Shown in pieces: positions 14,201-26,494 of a stretch of DNA of 64,000 nt. This DNA is from Saccostrea echinata (Eukaryota). The notes beneath the pieces were generated by a model. The model made no database searches. It was not told the origin of the DNA and saw nothing but the letters and a program-made list of their open reading frames with translations. Positions within the stretch are counted from its first letter, which is position 1, and each line of letters begins with the position of its first letter. Position numbers and translations under genes: made by a program. The DNA lies in contig NW_026889772.1 in NCBI RefSeq assembly GCF_033153115.1, forward strand, positions 1,984,001 through 2,048,000, written 5' to 3'.

Positions 14201-17200
14201 TACCCTGGGTACAAGTACATGGATGTACTTAATACATTCTTACCTTGGGCCTAGTCGTTGTGTTGATACTTTCTTAACCTATCTAGATAAATATTCTTAT
14301 AATCTTACCCTAGGTCTGAGTACATGGATGTACTTGACACTTTCTTACCCTGGGCCTAGTCGTTGTGTTGATACTTTCTTAACTGATATTTAGACAGATA
14401 AATATACTTATATTCTTACCCTAGGTCTGAGTACATGGATGTTCTTGATACTTTCTTACCCTTGGGCCTAGTCGTTGTGTCGATACTTTCTTAACCTTTA
14501 TCTATCTAGATAAATATACTTATAATCTTACTATAGGTCTGAGTACATGGATGTACTTGATACTTTCTTACCCTGGGCCTAGTCGTTGTGTTGATACTTT
14601 CTTAACCTTTATCTATCTAGATAAATATACTTATATTCTTACCCTAGGTCTGAGTACATGGATGTACTTGATACTTTCTTACCCTGGGCCTAGTTGTTGT
14701 GTCGATACTTTCTTAACCTATATCTAGACAGATAAATATACTTATATTCTTACCCTAGGTCTGAGTACATGGATGTACTTGATACTTTCTTACCCTGGGC
14801 CTAGTCGTTGTGTTGATACTTTCTTAACCTTTATCTATCTAGATAAGTAATGGATATATGCCGAATACTGTTCTATATGTAAAATTATCAGACTGTTTGA
14901 GGCCGAAAACAGTCTGATAATTTTACATATAGAATTGTATGAGGCATATTTCTTACTTAAAACATTGCTATTTAAATGTCCAAAAGTTACCTGGAGGAGT
15001 CCGATAATTACACAATAGGAGTTCAGGCATCAATAGTTTTCTACCTGAAACCATCTAATAAGTAGACAAAAGAAAAGAGAAAGTTTTTTTTTAAAACAGT
15101 AAAATCAGTGAGTGAACTCTTTTGTTTCATTCATTCAATGGCAGTCGTTTGGCTTAGCAGGAACTATGGACAGTGGTCAGGTGATGAGGGATTTTTTTAT
15201 GATTCGCAATATTTTTTTTTATTAAGTGCGTTTGACATTGATACAGATACAGTGTTGGATGATATCTTCGAAATGCATTTAAAGTAATAATGCGGATTTT
15301 TATCTAAATTTTGATAGGATGATATAATGAAAATCTTGGGTTTTAAAAGTGCGGTCATCATGGTCATTGGCGAACAAACCTCGTTAAATGAAGAGATTTG
15401 CAGACTGGTTCTTTATCAGAAATGGATTTAAATTGGCTTATTCCCAGTGATGTATCGAAAACGCTTTGCAAAAAAACTGAATGGAAAGTGTTACTTTTGA
15501 GGAAGTTTAAGACTACAGTTTCTTCTTGGATTTGCTATTTTTAACAACTTAATTTCCTCGCGTTCGCTTACCCTGAATTTTTTCTCCCTAACCTTTTTTT
15601 GGTTTCTGGACAAATTAAACCTTGATTTCACTCTTGTTGTTGTTTTTCAACTACTGTCCGATTTTGTTATCACTGCCGTCCGATAATATATTATTGGACT
15701 GCTAATCATTATTATCGGAAGACTACAGGTAAATTTTTAGACTGCAAGAACAAAGGCATGACGTCACAGCAATGTTTTAAATATACTTATATTCTTACTC
15801 TAGGTCTGAGTACATGGATGTACTTGATACTTTCTTACCCTGGGCCCAGTTGTTGTGTTATTTGATACTTTCTTAACCTATATCTAGACATATAAATATA
15901 CTTATATTCTTACCCTAGGTCTGAGTACATGGATGTACTTGATACTTTCTTACCCTTGGGCCTAGTCGTTGTGTCGATACTTTCTTAACCTATATCTAGA
16001 CAGATAAATATACTTATATTCTTACTCTAGGTCTGAGTACATGGATGTACTTGATACTTTCTTACCCTGGGCCTAGTCGTTGTGTCGATACTTTCTTAAC
16101 CTTTATCTATCTAGATAAATATACTTATATTCTTACTCTAGGTCTGAGTACATGGATGTACTTGATACTTTCTTACCCTTGGGCCTAGTCGTTGTGTTGA
16201 TACTTTCTTAACCTTTATCTATCTAGATAAACATACTTATATTCTTACTCTAGGTCTGAGTACATGGATGTACTTGATACTTTCTTACCCTGGGCCTAGT
16301 CGTTGTGTTGATACTTTCTTAACCTTTATCTATCTAGATAAATATACTTATATTCTTACTCTAGGTCTGAGTACATGGATGTACTTGATACTTTCTTACC
16401 CTTGGGCCTAGTCGTTGTGTTGATACTTTCTTAACCTTTATCTATCTAGATAAATATACTTATATTCTTACCCTAGGTCTGAGTACATGGATGTACTTGA
16501 CACTTTCTTACCCTGGGCCTAGTCGTTGTGTTGATACTTTCTTAACTGATATTTAGACAGATAAATATACTTAAAACATTGCTGTGACGTCATGCCTTTG
16601 TTCTTGCAGTCTAAAAATTTACCTGTAGTCGTCCGATAATAATGATTAGCAGTCCAATAATATATTATCGGACGGCAGTGATAACAAAATCGGACAGTAG
16701 TTAAAAAACAACAACAAGAGTGAAATCAAGGTTTAATTTGTCCAGAAACCAAAAAAAGGTTAGGGAGAAAAAATTCAGGGTAAGCGAACGCGAGGAAATT
16801 AAGTTGTTAAAAATAGCAAATCCAAGAAGAAACTGGAGTCTTAAACTTCCTCAAAAGTAACACTTTCCATTCAGTTTTTTTGCAAAGCGTTTTCGATACA
16901 TCACTGGGAATAAGCCAATTTAAATCCATTTCTGATAAAGAACCAGTCTGCGAATCTCTTCATTTAACGAGGTTTGTTCGCCAATGACCATGATGACCGC
17001 ACTTTTAAAACCCAAGATTTTCATTATATCATCCTATCAAAATTTAGATAAAAATCCGCATTATTACTTTAAATGCATTTCGAAGATATCATCCAACACT
17101 GTATCTGTATCAATGTCAAACGCACTTAATAAAAAAAAATATTGCGAATCATAAAAAAATCCCTCATCACCTGACCACTGTCCATAGTTCCTGCTAAGCC

Positions 17201-20200
17201 AAACGACTGCCATTGAATGAATGAAACAAAAGAGTTCACTCACTGATTTTACTGTTTTAAAAAAAAACTTTCTCTTTTCTTTTGTCTACTTATTAGATGG
17301 TTTCAGGTAGAAAACTATTGATGCCTGAACTCCTATTGTGTAATTATCGGACTCCTCCAGGTAACTTTTGGACATTTAAATAGCAATGTTTTAAGTAAGA
17401 TATATGCCTCATACAATTCTATATGTAAAATTATCAGACTGTTTTCGGCCCTAACGGGCCTCAAACAGTCTGATAATTTTACATATAGAACAGTATTCGG
17501 CATAAATCCATTACTTATATTCTTACTCTAGGTCTGAGTACATGGATGTACTTGATACTTTCTTACCCTGGGCCTAGTCGTTGTGTTGATACTTTCTTAA
17601 CCTTTATCTATCTAGATAAATATACTTATAATCTTACTCTAGGTCTGAGTACATGGATGTACTTGATACTTATAATCTTACCCTAGGTCTGAGTACATGG
17701 ATGTACTTGATACTTATAATCTTACCCTAGGTCTGAGTACATGGATGTACTTGTTACTTATATTCTTTCCCTAGGTCTGAGTACATGGATGTACTTGATA
17801 CTTATAATCTTACCCTAGGTCTGAGTACATGGATGTACTTGATACTTATATTCTTACCCTAGGTCTGAGTACATGGATGTACTTGATACTTTCTTACCCT
17901 GGGCCTAGTCGTTGTGTTGATACATTGTACTTTCTTAACCTATATGACAGATAAATATACTTATAATCTTACCCTAGGTCTGAGTACATGGATGTACTTG
18001 ATACTTATAATCTTACCCTAGGTCTGAGTACATGGATGTACTTGATACTTATATTCTTACCCTAGGTCTGAGTACATGGATGTACTTGATACTTATATTC
18101 TTACCCTAGGTCTAAGTACATGGATGTACTTGATACTTATAATCTTACCCTAGTTCTGAGTACATGGATGTACTTGATACTTATATTCTTACCCTAGGTC
18201 TAAGTACATGGATGTACTTGTTACTTATAATCTTACCCTAGGTCTGAGTACATGGATGTACTTGATATTTTCTATGTAATTTCTTTTCCATACACCGACT
18301 TCATAAGGACTGGGAGTAAACGGCAGAAACCAACCAAATCGTAGACATTTAGGCATCCATAAGGAATCAGTTTCTGATAGGGTTTTCCAATACCAGCTAA
18401 CCTATGAGAATATGTGTAAATTTGATAACATTTTTATTACACACTGTATTCTTTATGAAATCCATTGGAAATCTACAACATTCAACCCCTATAACACACA
18501 CAAACCTTGTCATGGCACAGTAGAAAACACAATAGGAACTACATACACTTTTTATACACTAGGAACTCCAAAGTGTATAATTATTGTTTGGGCTCAATTT
18601 AATTAAAAACAAATACCTTATCAAATTCAACGAAAAACATCACATTTGATAAAACATTTAATCAGGCCACCATTAAAATTTTTTTGTTTGATGTACTCCG
18701 ACCCACATTTTTTAAGGTGGGTAGGTTGTTTTTTTTTTTAAAAAAAAAAAAAAAATATTTTCTAACATTTTGACAATTGCTTATAAACCACAGACTTAGA
18801 AATTTTCATTATAGACACCTGACAGCTAAACAATTTAAAGAAGTTATCTATTTCTGTAAAATCTTTTAATCTAAAAAGTATCTTAGAGAATTGATAGACC
18901 TTAACTTTAAAAACAATACAGATAATTTGTTTTAGAAAAAAAGAATTTGAAGTACTGAAAAAAAAAAAAACGATTGGGTAGGGGCAATTTTAATGGGTCG
19001 GTCTAAGTACATCAAACAAATCATCTTTTATTTTTGGCCTCAGAATTCAGAAAATTAATGTTATTCAGGTAAAGAGGAAAGCAAATCCTTTTTAATGTCT
19101 ATTTTAATGTCTATTCTAATTTTATTTTTTGGATGTAATCAACCCTCTAAGGAAAATTTGATTCAGATTAAGTAGTTTAAACAATCAACGTCATTTCCCT
19201 CTTTTTGGGGTGGGCAAATACACTAATATCAAAGTTGAACTGTTTTTATTTTATTTTCCATGGAGTGAGTTTAATAAAATCTCAACTATGGTTATCACTA
19301 GAATCAAGGATCAAGGCGTCTTTTGATCATGACACAAATACACCTCAAAGTGGGAAAAAGTTTACTTGAGACTGAGAATACATTGCACATGCCTGGCATT
19401 CAAAATGAACGAGGAGTACATAGCATATAAATGTGATGTCATAAGACACTGCTCTCGACATCTAAGTCTCCCTTTTTTGTTTTTCTATAAAGAGGTTTAA
19501 AAATGCACTCTAGCAGAATAGAAAATAATTCTCAATGTTGTAAAATACACCCTTCAGTCTCAAGATTTGTATGAAAACAAACTTGCCCCTCCGGCTACAT
19601 TTTTTATTTCCCAACGAAATCTCTCAATAATCGGGGTATATTCTCAAACAAATCCTCTGATGCAGGAATTCTTTCTTAAATCTGAATAATTTTATGTATT
19701 CTTTTAAAGAAACATGTAGGCATCCCTCACTTCATACTTACTGAATAAAAAAAAATAAGAAATTGACACAATAATCTATTCAAATATGCAGGAAATTAAA
19801 TGTACTTCAAAATTTAAAATCTGTATATGAAATAAAGAGCTAAACTTACCCTCGCACATCGACTTAAACTTCTGGGGTCCAGGAATGAAAAAATGTAAAT
19901 AGATAAAATTTTTGGCAGTTCTCTGGTAAAGTCTTCACGTATACACGGTACTTTTTCATTCACAATCTCCTGCACAAATTTTAGCTGTTTTATTTTAGAC
20001 CTATTCATCAAGTCTTCTAAAACTTTTCTTCTTTGTTCATCTGTCCACTTATCATACTGTAAGAAAAGGTATTAACAAATAGAACACACAAAATATTGTC
20101 CAATGTGTGCTTTATAACTGAAACAAAGAGAAAATATACATGTATTGATTTCTCAAGTTTGAAACTAGAACTGTCCAAAAGGGACAAATACCCCCCGCTG

Positions 20201-23113
20201 GGTTTTTCAGAGGTGCCAAATCACTAATATTTTATGGATCTAAGAGGTGTTCACATGCAATTTTCTTACAAACATTTAGAGTGAAAAAATAATTGCTCAT
20301 TATATTTTTTTTTTAATGAATGAAAACAAGGAACAACCTAATAAAACATCAATACCAATACATTGTAATTACATTGTTTTTTTTAATACATTGAAAAAAT
20401 AAATTGCAACTATCTGTCATCTTTTTGAGACATGACACTCTGCAAATTGATTGTTGAAAAAAAACAAAACAATTAATTACAAAATCAAATTAATCTTGAT
20501 AACTTTATATCAAATTCATTTTAAAAATAAAAGGCTGGTCATCCAGTAACTATGTACTATGACAGACAATAAATTACAATTAAGAGAATTAAAGAACAGA
20601 GATCTTTAAATTCCCAGGAGATATAGATAACACCTGCTTGATCAGAGATGCTCTAACAGCTTCCCACACTGAACTCATTAATTTATCTTTAACTGGATGA
20701 TGTCCACTCATTACTCCCAAGGGACAAACGGATTTACACTATCTGATGTGTAATGTAAAAATTGTTTTTAATACTTGGTGATTTTTTTTTGTTTTAAGGA
20801 ATAGTTTTAAGCTGTAGTTCACATTTTTGTACAGATGTTCTAGATTCTATGTCTCAAACCTTAGAAATAAACCCAAAATGACTAAGTCAATAAAAATGAA
20901 AAAAAAAAAACCCTGTAAAATGCAGAAAAATTATCAAATAATGTTGAAAATATCAGGTGTACATCTTCATATGGTAAATAATGAGTGTGCGAATTTTCAT
21001 ACAATTCTATGAAATAGCCTTTGAGAAAAGGTCAGGACAAAATCACATAATAAAAATGAACAAAAACACCTGTAAAATGCAGAAAAATTATTCAATCATG
21101 ATGAAAATACCAGGTGCACACCTTCATATGGTGAATAATAAGTGTACAAATTTTCAGACAAATCTATGCAATAGTTTCCGAGAAACGCTCTGGACAAAAT
21201 CTTGTCTACAGACAGACGGACAGACAGACGGACATGGTGATTCCAATATACCCCCCCTAAACTTCGTTTGCGGGGGGTATAAAAAGGGCATTTTCATCTG
21301 CATTGTCAATTGATGAATGATAGAACAAATAAGTATTACAGCTGATTAATCATTATGGCTGTAACTTTTTTCTCTTATCAGCAAGTACATACACCATTAT
21401 GGCAAAAGTCTGTCAGAATACTCACCCATTTTCCTAACAAGGAAGATCTTTCTTCAAATATCTAAAAAGTATAAAAATGATCACATATAATCAAAAAAAG
21501 CCTTTGGAATAGTGAGCTGAAAACCTAAAATCTACATCTAATGACTTAAAAGAAACATGAATTAGTATCATAGAACATAGTTTGGTCTAGTCAATTTAAT
21601 GCAGTGGAAGAATCAAAAATGTTAAATATAACCATGAACATAATTATATGGTTATATAATGCCTAATAGGGCTGCCACGATTAACCGAAATATCAGTTAA
21701 CCGCGATTCAAAATCTTTCGGTTCGATTCACTACTTTTTTCCCGGATTTTGATTCAATTCAGGTTTGATTTTTTCAGACTAACATCCTCCGTTGTTAGGC
21801 ACATTCTGATTGGTTGATCGGAAGAAATGATGGCAAATCATGTTATAGTAAACAAAAACACGAAAATGGCCGTGAAGAAGTTGGTGGGGGACTACTTCCA
21901 AGTTCCATTTTCTACGGAAAGATGGCACAGAAGATACGTGCATTTACTAGTAGGCAACATCCATCAGCCACAGAATTCTGAATTTAGAGGACCCGACACT
22001 AGTGCTACGAATTTTCTTAATTTTTTTTTTTTTTTTTTTTAATATTGACATTGTTTTGAATGTGAAATTAATTATTGACTGTATTGTTATGACAGCAATG
22101 TGTTTCGGCGGTTTGATATCGTATTGGTGAATCAAAACTTTATATCACATCAGGAATTCAACCGTAATTTCTATTGTGGCAAAATAGCTTTTGTAAGCAA
22201 ATCACCAATACTTTTATGTTTAGCATATGAAATCATTGGTTTTGTTTGAAAGATTTGTTTGCATGTTTCATCTGTTGAAACCAATGACCAGTATTTTAAT
22301 AATTTGAATTTCAGACATTTGATTCTTGGGTCATTCTTTGTAATTAAAACATTACGTATTTCCTTTGTTTTCTTGGCTTTACATTCCATAAATACATACA
22401 TTAATAAATCTAATTAAAGTATGAATCATTATTTATTTTGAATTATCAAACATTACATATTTTATACAAAAATAAAAAAGGTTCTTTTTCTTATAATCGA
22501 ATCAAAAATATTCGAAAACTGAGGTTTTTCTTTGAACCGAATCGATAAGAAAATTTTCTGATTCGTGGCAGCCCTAATGCCTAATCAGCAATAGATCGAA
22601 ATATATTTCCTTGGGTGCTGGAAGCAGCTATATCATTGTATTCTATTGCCAAGACCCAATAGCTGAGGGCAATGGAACAAAATGAGCTGTTCCCATTACT
22701 GAGGGAAATACAGTTCGATCTATTACCTGATTTAGGCCCTTAATAACTGTTTTATTACCTGATACTACAGTTTCATAAGTAATCATAATATTAAACCTAT
22801 AAAATTACTCATAAGCATTGAAGCAAAACAAAGGCATATGCCTTCGCACAACATGAATTTGAACGTCAATTCAATAAATATACAACTATGCTGAATTTTC
22901 AAAGCTATGGTTTATTATTGAGTTTCTTTCATAATACTAAATGGTTTACAGAGCCAGATACACAGATACTGTTATTCAAGTCTTCGCTAAAACTATTTGT
23001 GGATGCGGGAAGAACGGGCACCTGCTTGTCTAGGAGATTACCTTATTATTGGTTTCCTCGTTACTCAAAGGTGTCCAGGAACTCTTTGTGCGATTCTTTG
23101 CAATCATAGACAT
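5201..23113 (-). CDS. FBXO16: F-box only protein 16 (8 coding exons, 351 aa)
   Basis: Minus-strand exons 23113-23042, 21461-21426, 20056-19850, 18401-18237, 13200-13019, 8996-8882, 7276-7066, 5268-5201; all GT-AG, phases consistent, 1056 nt. Translation includes SWTPLSNE..IFEERSSLLGKWYDKWTDEQRRKVL, F-box DFTRELPKILSIYIFSFLDPRSLSRCARVSWYWKTL, LWMPKCLRFGW and PWRGSDPHPKD, matching vertebrate FBXO16 as recalled. Confidence 0.9.
5475..6384. mobile_element. Tc1/mariner-type MITE
   Basis: TIRs cagatgactcttgat / atcaagagtcacctg, TA TSD, subterminal ttcgagagat repeats. Confidence 0.85.
7258..7363 (-). repeat. 53-bp tandem duplication of the FBXO16 exon-7 3' splice site
   Basis: Two copies (7258-7310, 7311-7363) spanning a branch-like CACTAAC, the TAG acceptor and 19 exonic nt. 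Confidence 0.9.
7500..8090. repeat. 27-bp purine-rich minisatellite (aacaaacagcaaggcaagggaatagga)
   Basis: About 21 copies; generates several spurious repetitive ORFs. Confidence 0.95.
8975..11565 (-). repeat. 40-bp tandem array copying the FBXO16 exon-6 acceptor and exon start
   Basis: Minus-strand unit ttgatattttgtag|GAGAGAGCGGGGTTACTATGGTTATA, roughly 39 copies, interrupted by a MITE at 9333-10321. Confidence 0.95.
9333..10321. mobile_element. Tc1/mariner(pogo)-type MITE inserted in the 40-bp array
   Basis: TA|CAGTGGA...TCCACTG|TA; internal atccggac repeats; the array resumes in register on both sides. Confidence 0.85.
11760..12910. repeat. 46-bp minisatellite (gtcaaaactgtaataaccctgctctcacccacaaaacagataaaat)
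   Basis: About 24 copies; core taaccctgctctc..cacaaaa resembles the adjacent 40-bp unit. Confidence 0.93.
14844..15780. mobile_element. Non-autonomous Crypton-like element, copy 1
   Basis: Long terminal hairpin (~14845-14958), inner inverted repeat ttaaaacattgct...agcaatgttttaa, inserted at a TAA core of the array; no ORF. Crypton assignment is by architecture only. Confidence 0.6.
16571..17517. mobile_element. Non-autonomous Crypton-like element, copy 2 (inverted relative to copy 1)
   Basis: Near-identical reverse complement of 14844-15780, 10 nt longer at the hairpin tip; inserted at a TTA core. Confidence 0.6.
18665..19039. mobile_element. PIF/Harbinger-like MITE
   Basis: GGCCA...TGGCC termini, subterminal IR tttgtttgatgtact/agtacatcaaacaaa, 3-bp TSD TCA. 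Confidence 0.65.
20162..21283 (-). mobile_element. Helentron/HINE-type non-autonomous element
   Basis: aactag end with a short hairpin, (cagacgga)n microsatellite, palindrome ataccccccc...gggggtat, A/T-run flanks. Confidence 0.7.
21667..22576. mobile_element. hAT-type MITE containing a Penelope-like fragment
   Basis: TIR tagggctgccacga / tcgtggcagcccta; perfect 8-bp TSD atgcctaa. Confidence 0.88.
22171..22360 (-). pseudogene. Fragment resembling the RT-to-GIY-YIG linker of Penelope-like retroelements
   Basis: LITKNDPRIKCLKFKLLKYWSLVSTDETCKQIFQTKPMISYAKHKSIGDLLTKA resembles the PLE pattern (..P....l.k.w..l..d..l..iF...P...y.r..nl.d.Lv.a) as recalled. Confidence 0.55.
22581..22780. mobile_element. 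Degenerate Crypton-like terminal hairpin
   Basis: Imperfect long palindrome aatcagcaatagatcgaa...ttcgatctattacctgatt. Confidence 0.45.
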
Positions 23114-23280
23114 CTTGGCAAAGTTACTGACGATGCAATTCAAATTAAAAGAGAAGAGGCCACAATCTATTCGAACAAAACAAATCAATTCATCCCCCAG
23201 TCGCCATTTTGAAGCTATTTTCGTTGCTACACTAATTAGCGTAAACTAGTTCTCAGAAGATGAAAACCAATCAAAAATCC
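23114..23280. promoter_or_regulatory. Putative promoter region of FBXO16, possibly shared head-to-head with Staufen
   Basis: Immediately upstream of the FBXO16 ATG; YY1-like CGCCATTTT at ~23202 and CCAATCA at ~23267; Staufen is transcribed divergently. TSS not determinable. Confidence 0.35.
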
Positions 23281-26200
23281 CTATTTTGATATGCCATTAT
23301 TTTATGTTAAATTTATCTTAAACAATCAGAAAAATTTAATCTTAAATCAATTTTATTCTTGTGAAATTTATTGTAAGAAAAAAAAATACATTCATATATG
23401 TAATCGCAAAAATGTTTCACAAAGTGAGAATGCAGTGTACAAATTCAAACACTTTAGTAACATTGATCAGATACTTTGGGTGCAGACAAAACATGGTGGA
23501 GTGTTAGTCTGAAGTTCTCTTTACTGTTTGCCAAATATTTATCTTCTCTTTCATCGCAAATGAACTTTTAGGCCATTTTTTACTTTTAGTAAGGAACATA
23601 CTACAGCTTTCCATTAAAAATGAAGAAGGTAATGTGTGAAAAACAGAAGAAATGTAAATTGAAATGCAGATCATTAATTTCCTCATCATCAAGATGATCC
23701 ACTCCATGTATGGCATGCTGCCATGTTTTAAAGCAAGAATGACTGTTTATGTCTGTGTATATTTTAATAGAATGTGAAAGTGATTTGTTTAAACAAGGTT
23801 TAATTTAGAACGTTACTTCTACACTTTTGGCTTTGTAGTTTGAGTTACATGCATAGGTTTATTTAGCTACTTGAAAATTACTTTAGAAATAAAGTATTAA
23901 AACTGTATGTTGACAATGTGCCCGTTGGGGCGAGCACAGTTGTGTATTACTGGATATTCACTTTTAACTAAGATCTCAAACCGCATGAGACATTTGGAAC
24001 GTCTAGACTGTGACATAACATGATGTCAAATGTTAGCTGCATTTCCATAAATGAAGTTTAAAATGTTAACAAAGAATGTTTAATTAATCTACTCTCTGTA
24101 TGCAATATCCATTAAATCAAGGTGAGTTTATTTTTTCATGATATTCTTAATTGTTATGAAAGTGATAACAAAGTTAGCAATGAGATGCAGTGTTGGTCAA
24201 GGTAACTGCAGAAAAAATCATTTGAATCAACGTGTAAACTCTGAATTTTCTCTTCACCCAGGCGTTGTTCGAGCTCGCATTGTGAGCGGCGCTTTGCGTA
24301 AACATGTAAACATATCTTTTTAGTATGTTAAAAAATCACACTTAATGACTTTAATGCAGCAATAGTCTTCAATTTTGAACAGTTCTGAAATTTTCAGGTG
24401 TATATGTTTAAAAAAAAAAATCAGTTTATAATTTTTTATGACACTTATCAACATGTTTGATAATCTAAAATAAAAAAAGAAAACTATGTACCTATCCATC
24501 TTGGAAAATGTGGATCAGAGTACCTCTAACAATTTTTTTTCATGATGGCCTCTAAAAAATCAAAGCCATGATTAGTCATATTGATATAAAAGCATCCTCA
24601 GGTAGTGTAGATTCAAATTTGTTCAAATCATGACCCCCTGAGCTAGGGTAGGGGTAGGGTAGGCATACAATTTTTTACATAGGAATGTATATGAAAAAAA
24701 AATCTGATGAAGAACAGCAAAGCCATGTTTATTCATGTGGAAGCATTTTCAGCTTGTGTAGATATGATTTAGTTCAAATCATGACCCCTGGGGCTAGGGT
24801 GGGGCCACTTTAGGCATACAAAGTTTTACATAGGAATACATGTTTACAGGAAAAATTCTCAAGAACAACAAAGCCATAAATAGTCATATTAATATGGAAC
24901 TTATGATGGAAGCATTCTCAGGTAGTAGACGTTCAAGTTTGTTTAAATAGAGTGGAATGAAAAAAATGTTCAAAAATCATCTGGAGAATAGCAAAGCTCT
25001 TTTTAGTAATATTAATGTGGATGCATTCTAAGAGCATGTAGATTCAAGATTCTTCAAATCAGTACCCCAGGGCCTGAGGGGAAGGGGCCAAAAGGACAAA
25101 CCTGATGCCCACACACTAGTGCAAAATGTAAGTCAGCAGTAGCTTGATTGGGCTACTAAAATTTTCATTGATGTTTATCTATTTATCTTTTAGTATTTTA
25201 TTTAAAAAATGTCAATAAACAGTTTTTTTTCTGAAAGAAAAGAAATCCTGATTAAATATTTACAACTTCCTTATGATTTTCCCATCCCGATAGATTTTTT
25301 TCTGTTCATACTTAATTAGATGTTATTTTTTGTCATTTTTTGGTCATCATGCTTAAAAGTGCTTAAGAACACAAAGTAAGGAGACAGTTTTTTTTTTTTT
25401 TTTTTAAAAAGTTGAGAAGGAGACTGTCACTCAAGTATAGAAATGTTATAAATTAAATGCACTAGAGACCTTCAAAACAAAAAGATAAGAAGCTATGGCT
25501 TACTTATGAACATAATGTGATGAAATAACTTCTGCATATATACAGTTGTGTCAAAAAACAATTTCAAGTCTTGGAAATAACCCGGGAGTCCGATGCCTGG
25601 GACCTGGTAAAATTGCAGGCGGGCGTGTAAAAAATGAAGAGTCACATGCCCGCTGGCCATGTGTAACGTTTTCTCCATTGTAGAATGCATATGACTTTTG
25701 TGTAAAAGTAATTTACACTGTGGATTTTAGTCTATACTTTCAGTTCTGACATTAAGGTGTAGTGAGAGAGCAAAAGCGGCACAAAAATGTTGTCAGTTTG
25801 TGTTCAGTGATGTGTGCAAAGTTAAAAAATTGAAAACACCCAGTAAAACGTAAACAATAACATAGCTCGTGCCCATGTTTACAAATACTGATGTCTAAAA
25901 TGATGTTATAAAGAATGTCTTTGTCAATGAATCTTAAGTATTTTCATGTAAATTCAATTCATTAAATTGAGGTTATTTTTTGAATAAAAATGGAAATTGA
26001 AAGTTGTAAACAAAACAGCAATGCAACTGTGTCCAGGCCCCTTTAAGGACTGAAATTAGAAAGATCAGTCTAATTTTTTTTTCAGTTGTATTGTTTATGA
26101 CCTGAGGGTTTGTGATGACCTTGAACCAAGATCATTCCAGCAAGTTCAAGGTCACTGGTATAAAAAAGTGTAAAATTCATAACAGGTCTATAATTTTCTA

Positions 26201-26494
26201 CAGGAGAAACATTGCATGTCCATATTTCACTGAAAGATTACTAATGACCAGAAGATGTGTCATTTTTTTTAATCAAGGTCTTTTTGGTAAGTTCAAGGTC
26301 ACATTTACAAAATTTGAATGGGCACCTTAAAAAATTGTGGCGGGGGTATTATTTTGTTAGCTCACTCACAGTGCCTCTAGTTTAAATTACTATACAGGGT
26401 TAAGGCTAGTAGATGACATATAAAACACTATAGACTTGTTCTTTTTCATTTTTAGCAAACCAGAGGAATTACAAATTTTCCAGCTAATGCAGGG

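Larger units (their letters stand above)
13850..18266 (-). repeat. Tandem array copying the FBXO16 exon-4 3' end and donor (44-bp unit; ~113-bp higher-order unit distally)
   Basis: Minus-strand unit contains ATCAAGTACATCCATGTACTCAGACCTAGG|gtaaga, identical to the real exon end at 18237; degenerates with distance from the exon. Confidence 0.95.

Noticed and set aside
24100-25135. Candidate upstream coding exons for Staufen (donors at ~24121, ~24201, ~25127)
   Set aside because: Nearby ATGs give a phase incompatible with the phase-0 exon at 26456; they could be UTR exons but are unsupported.
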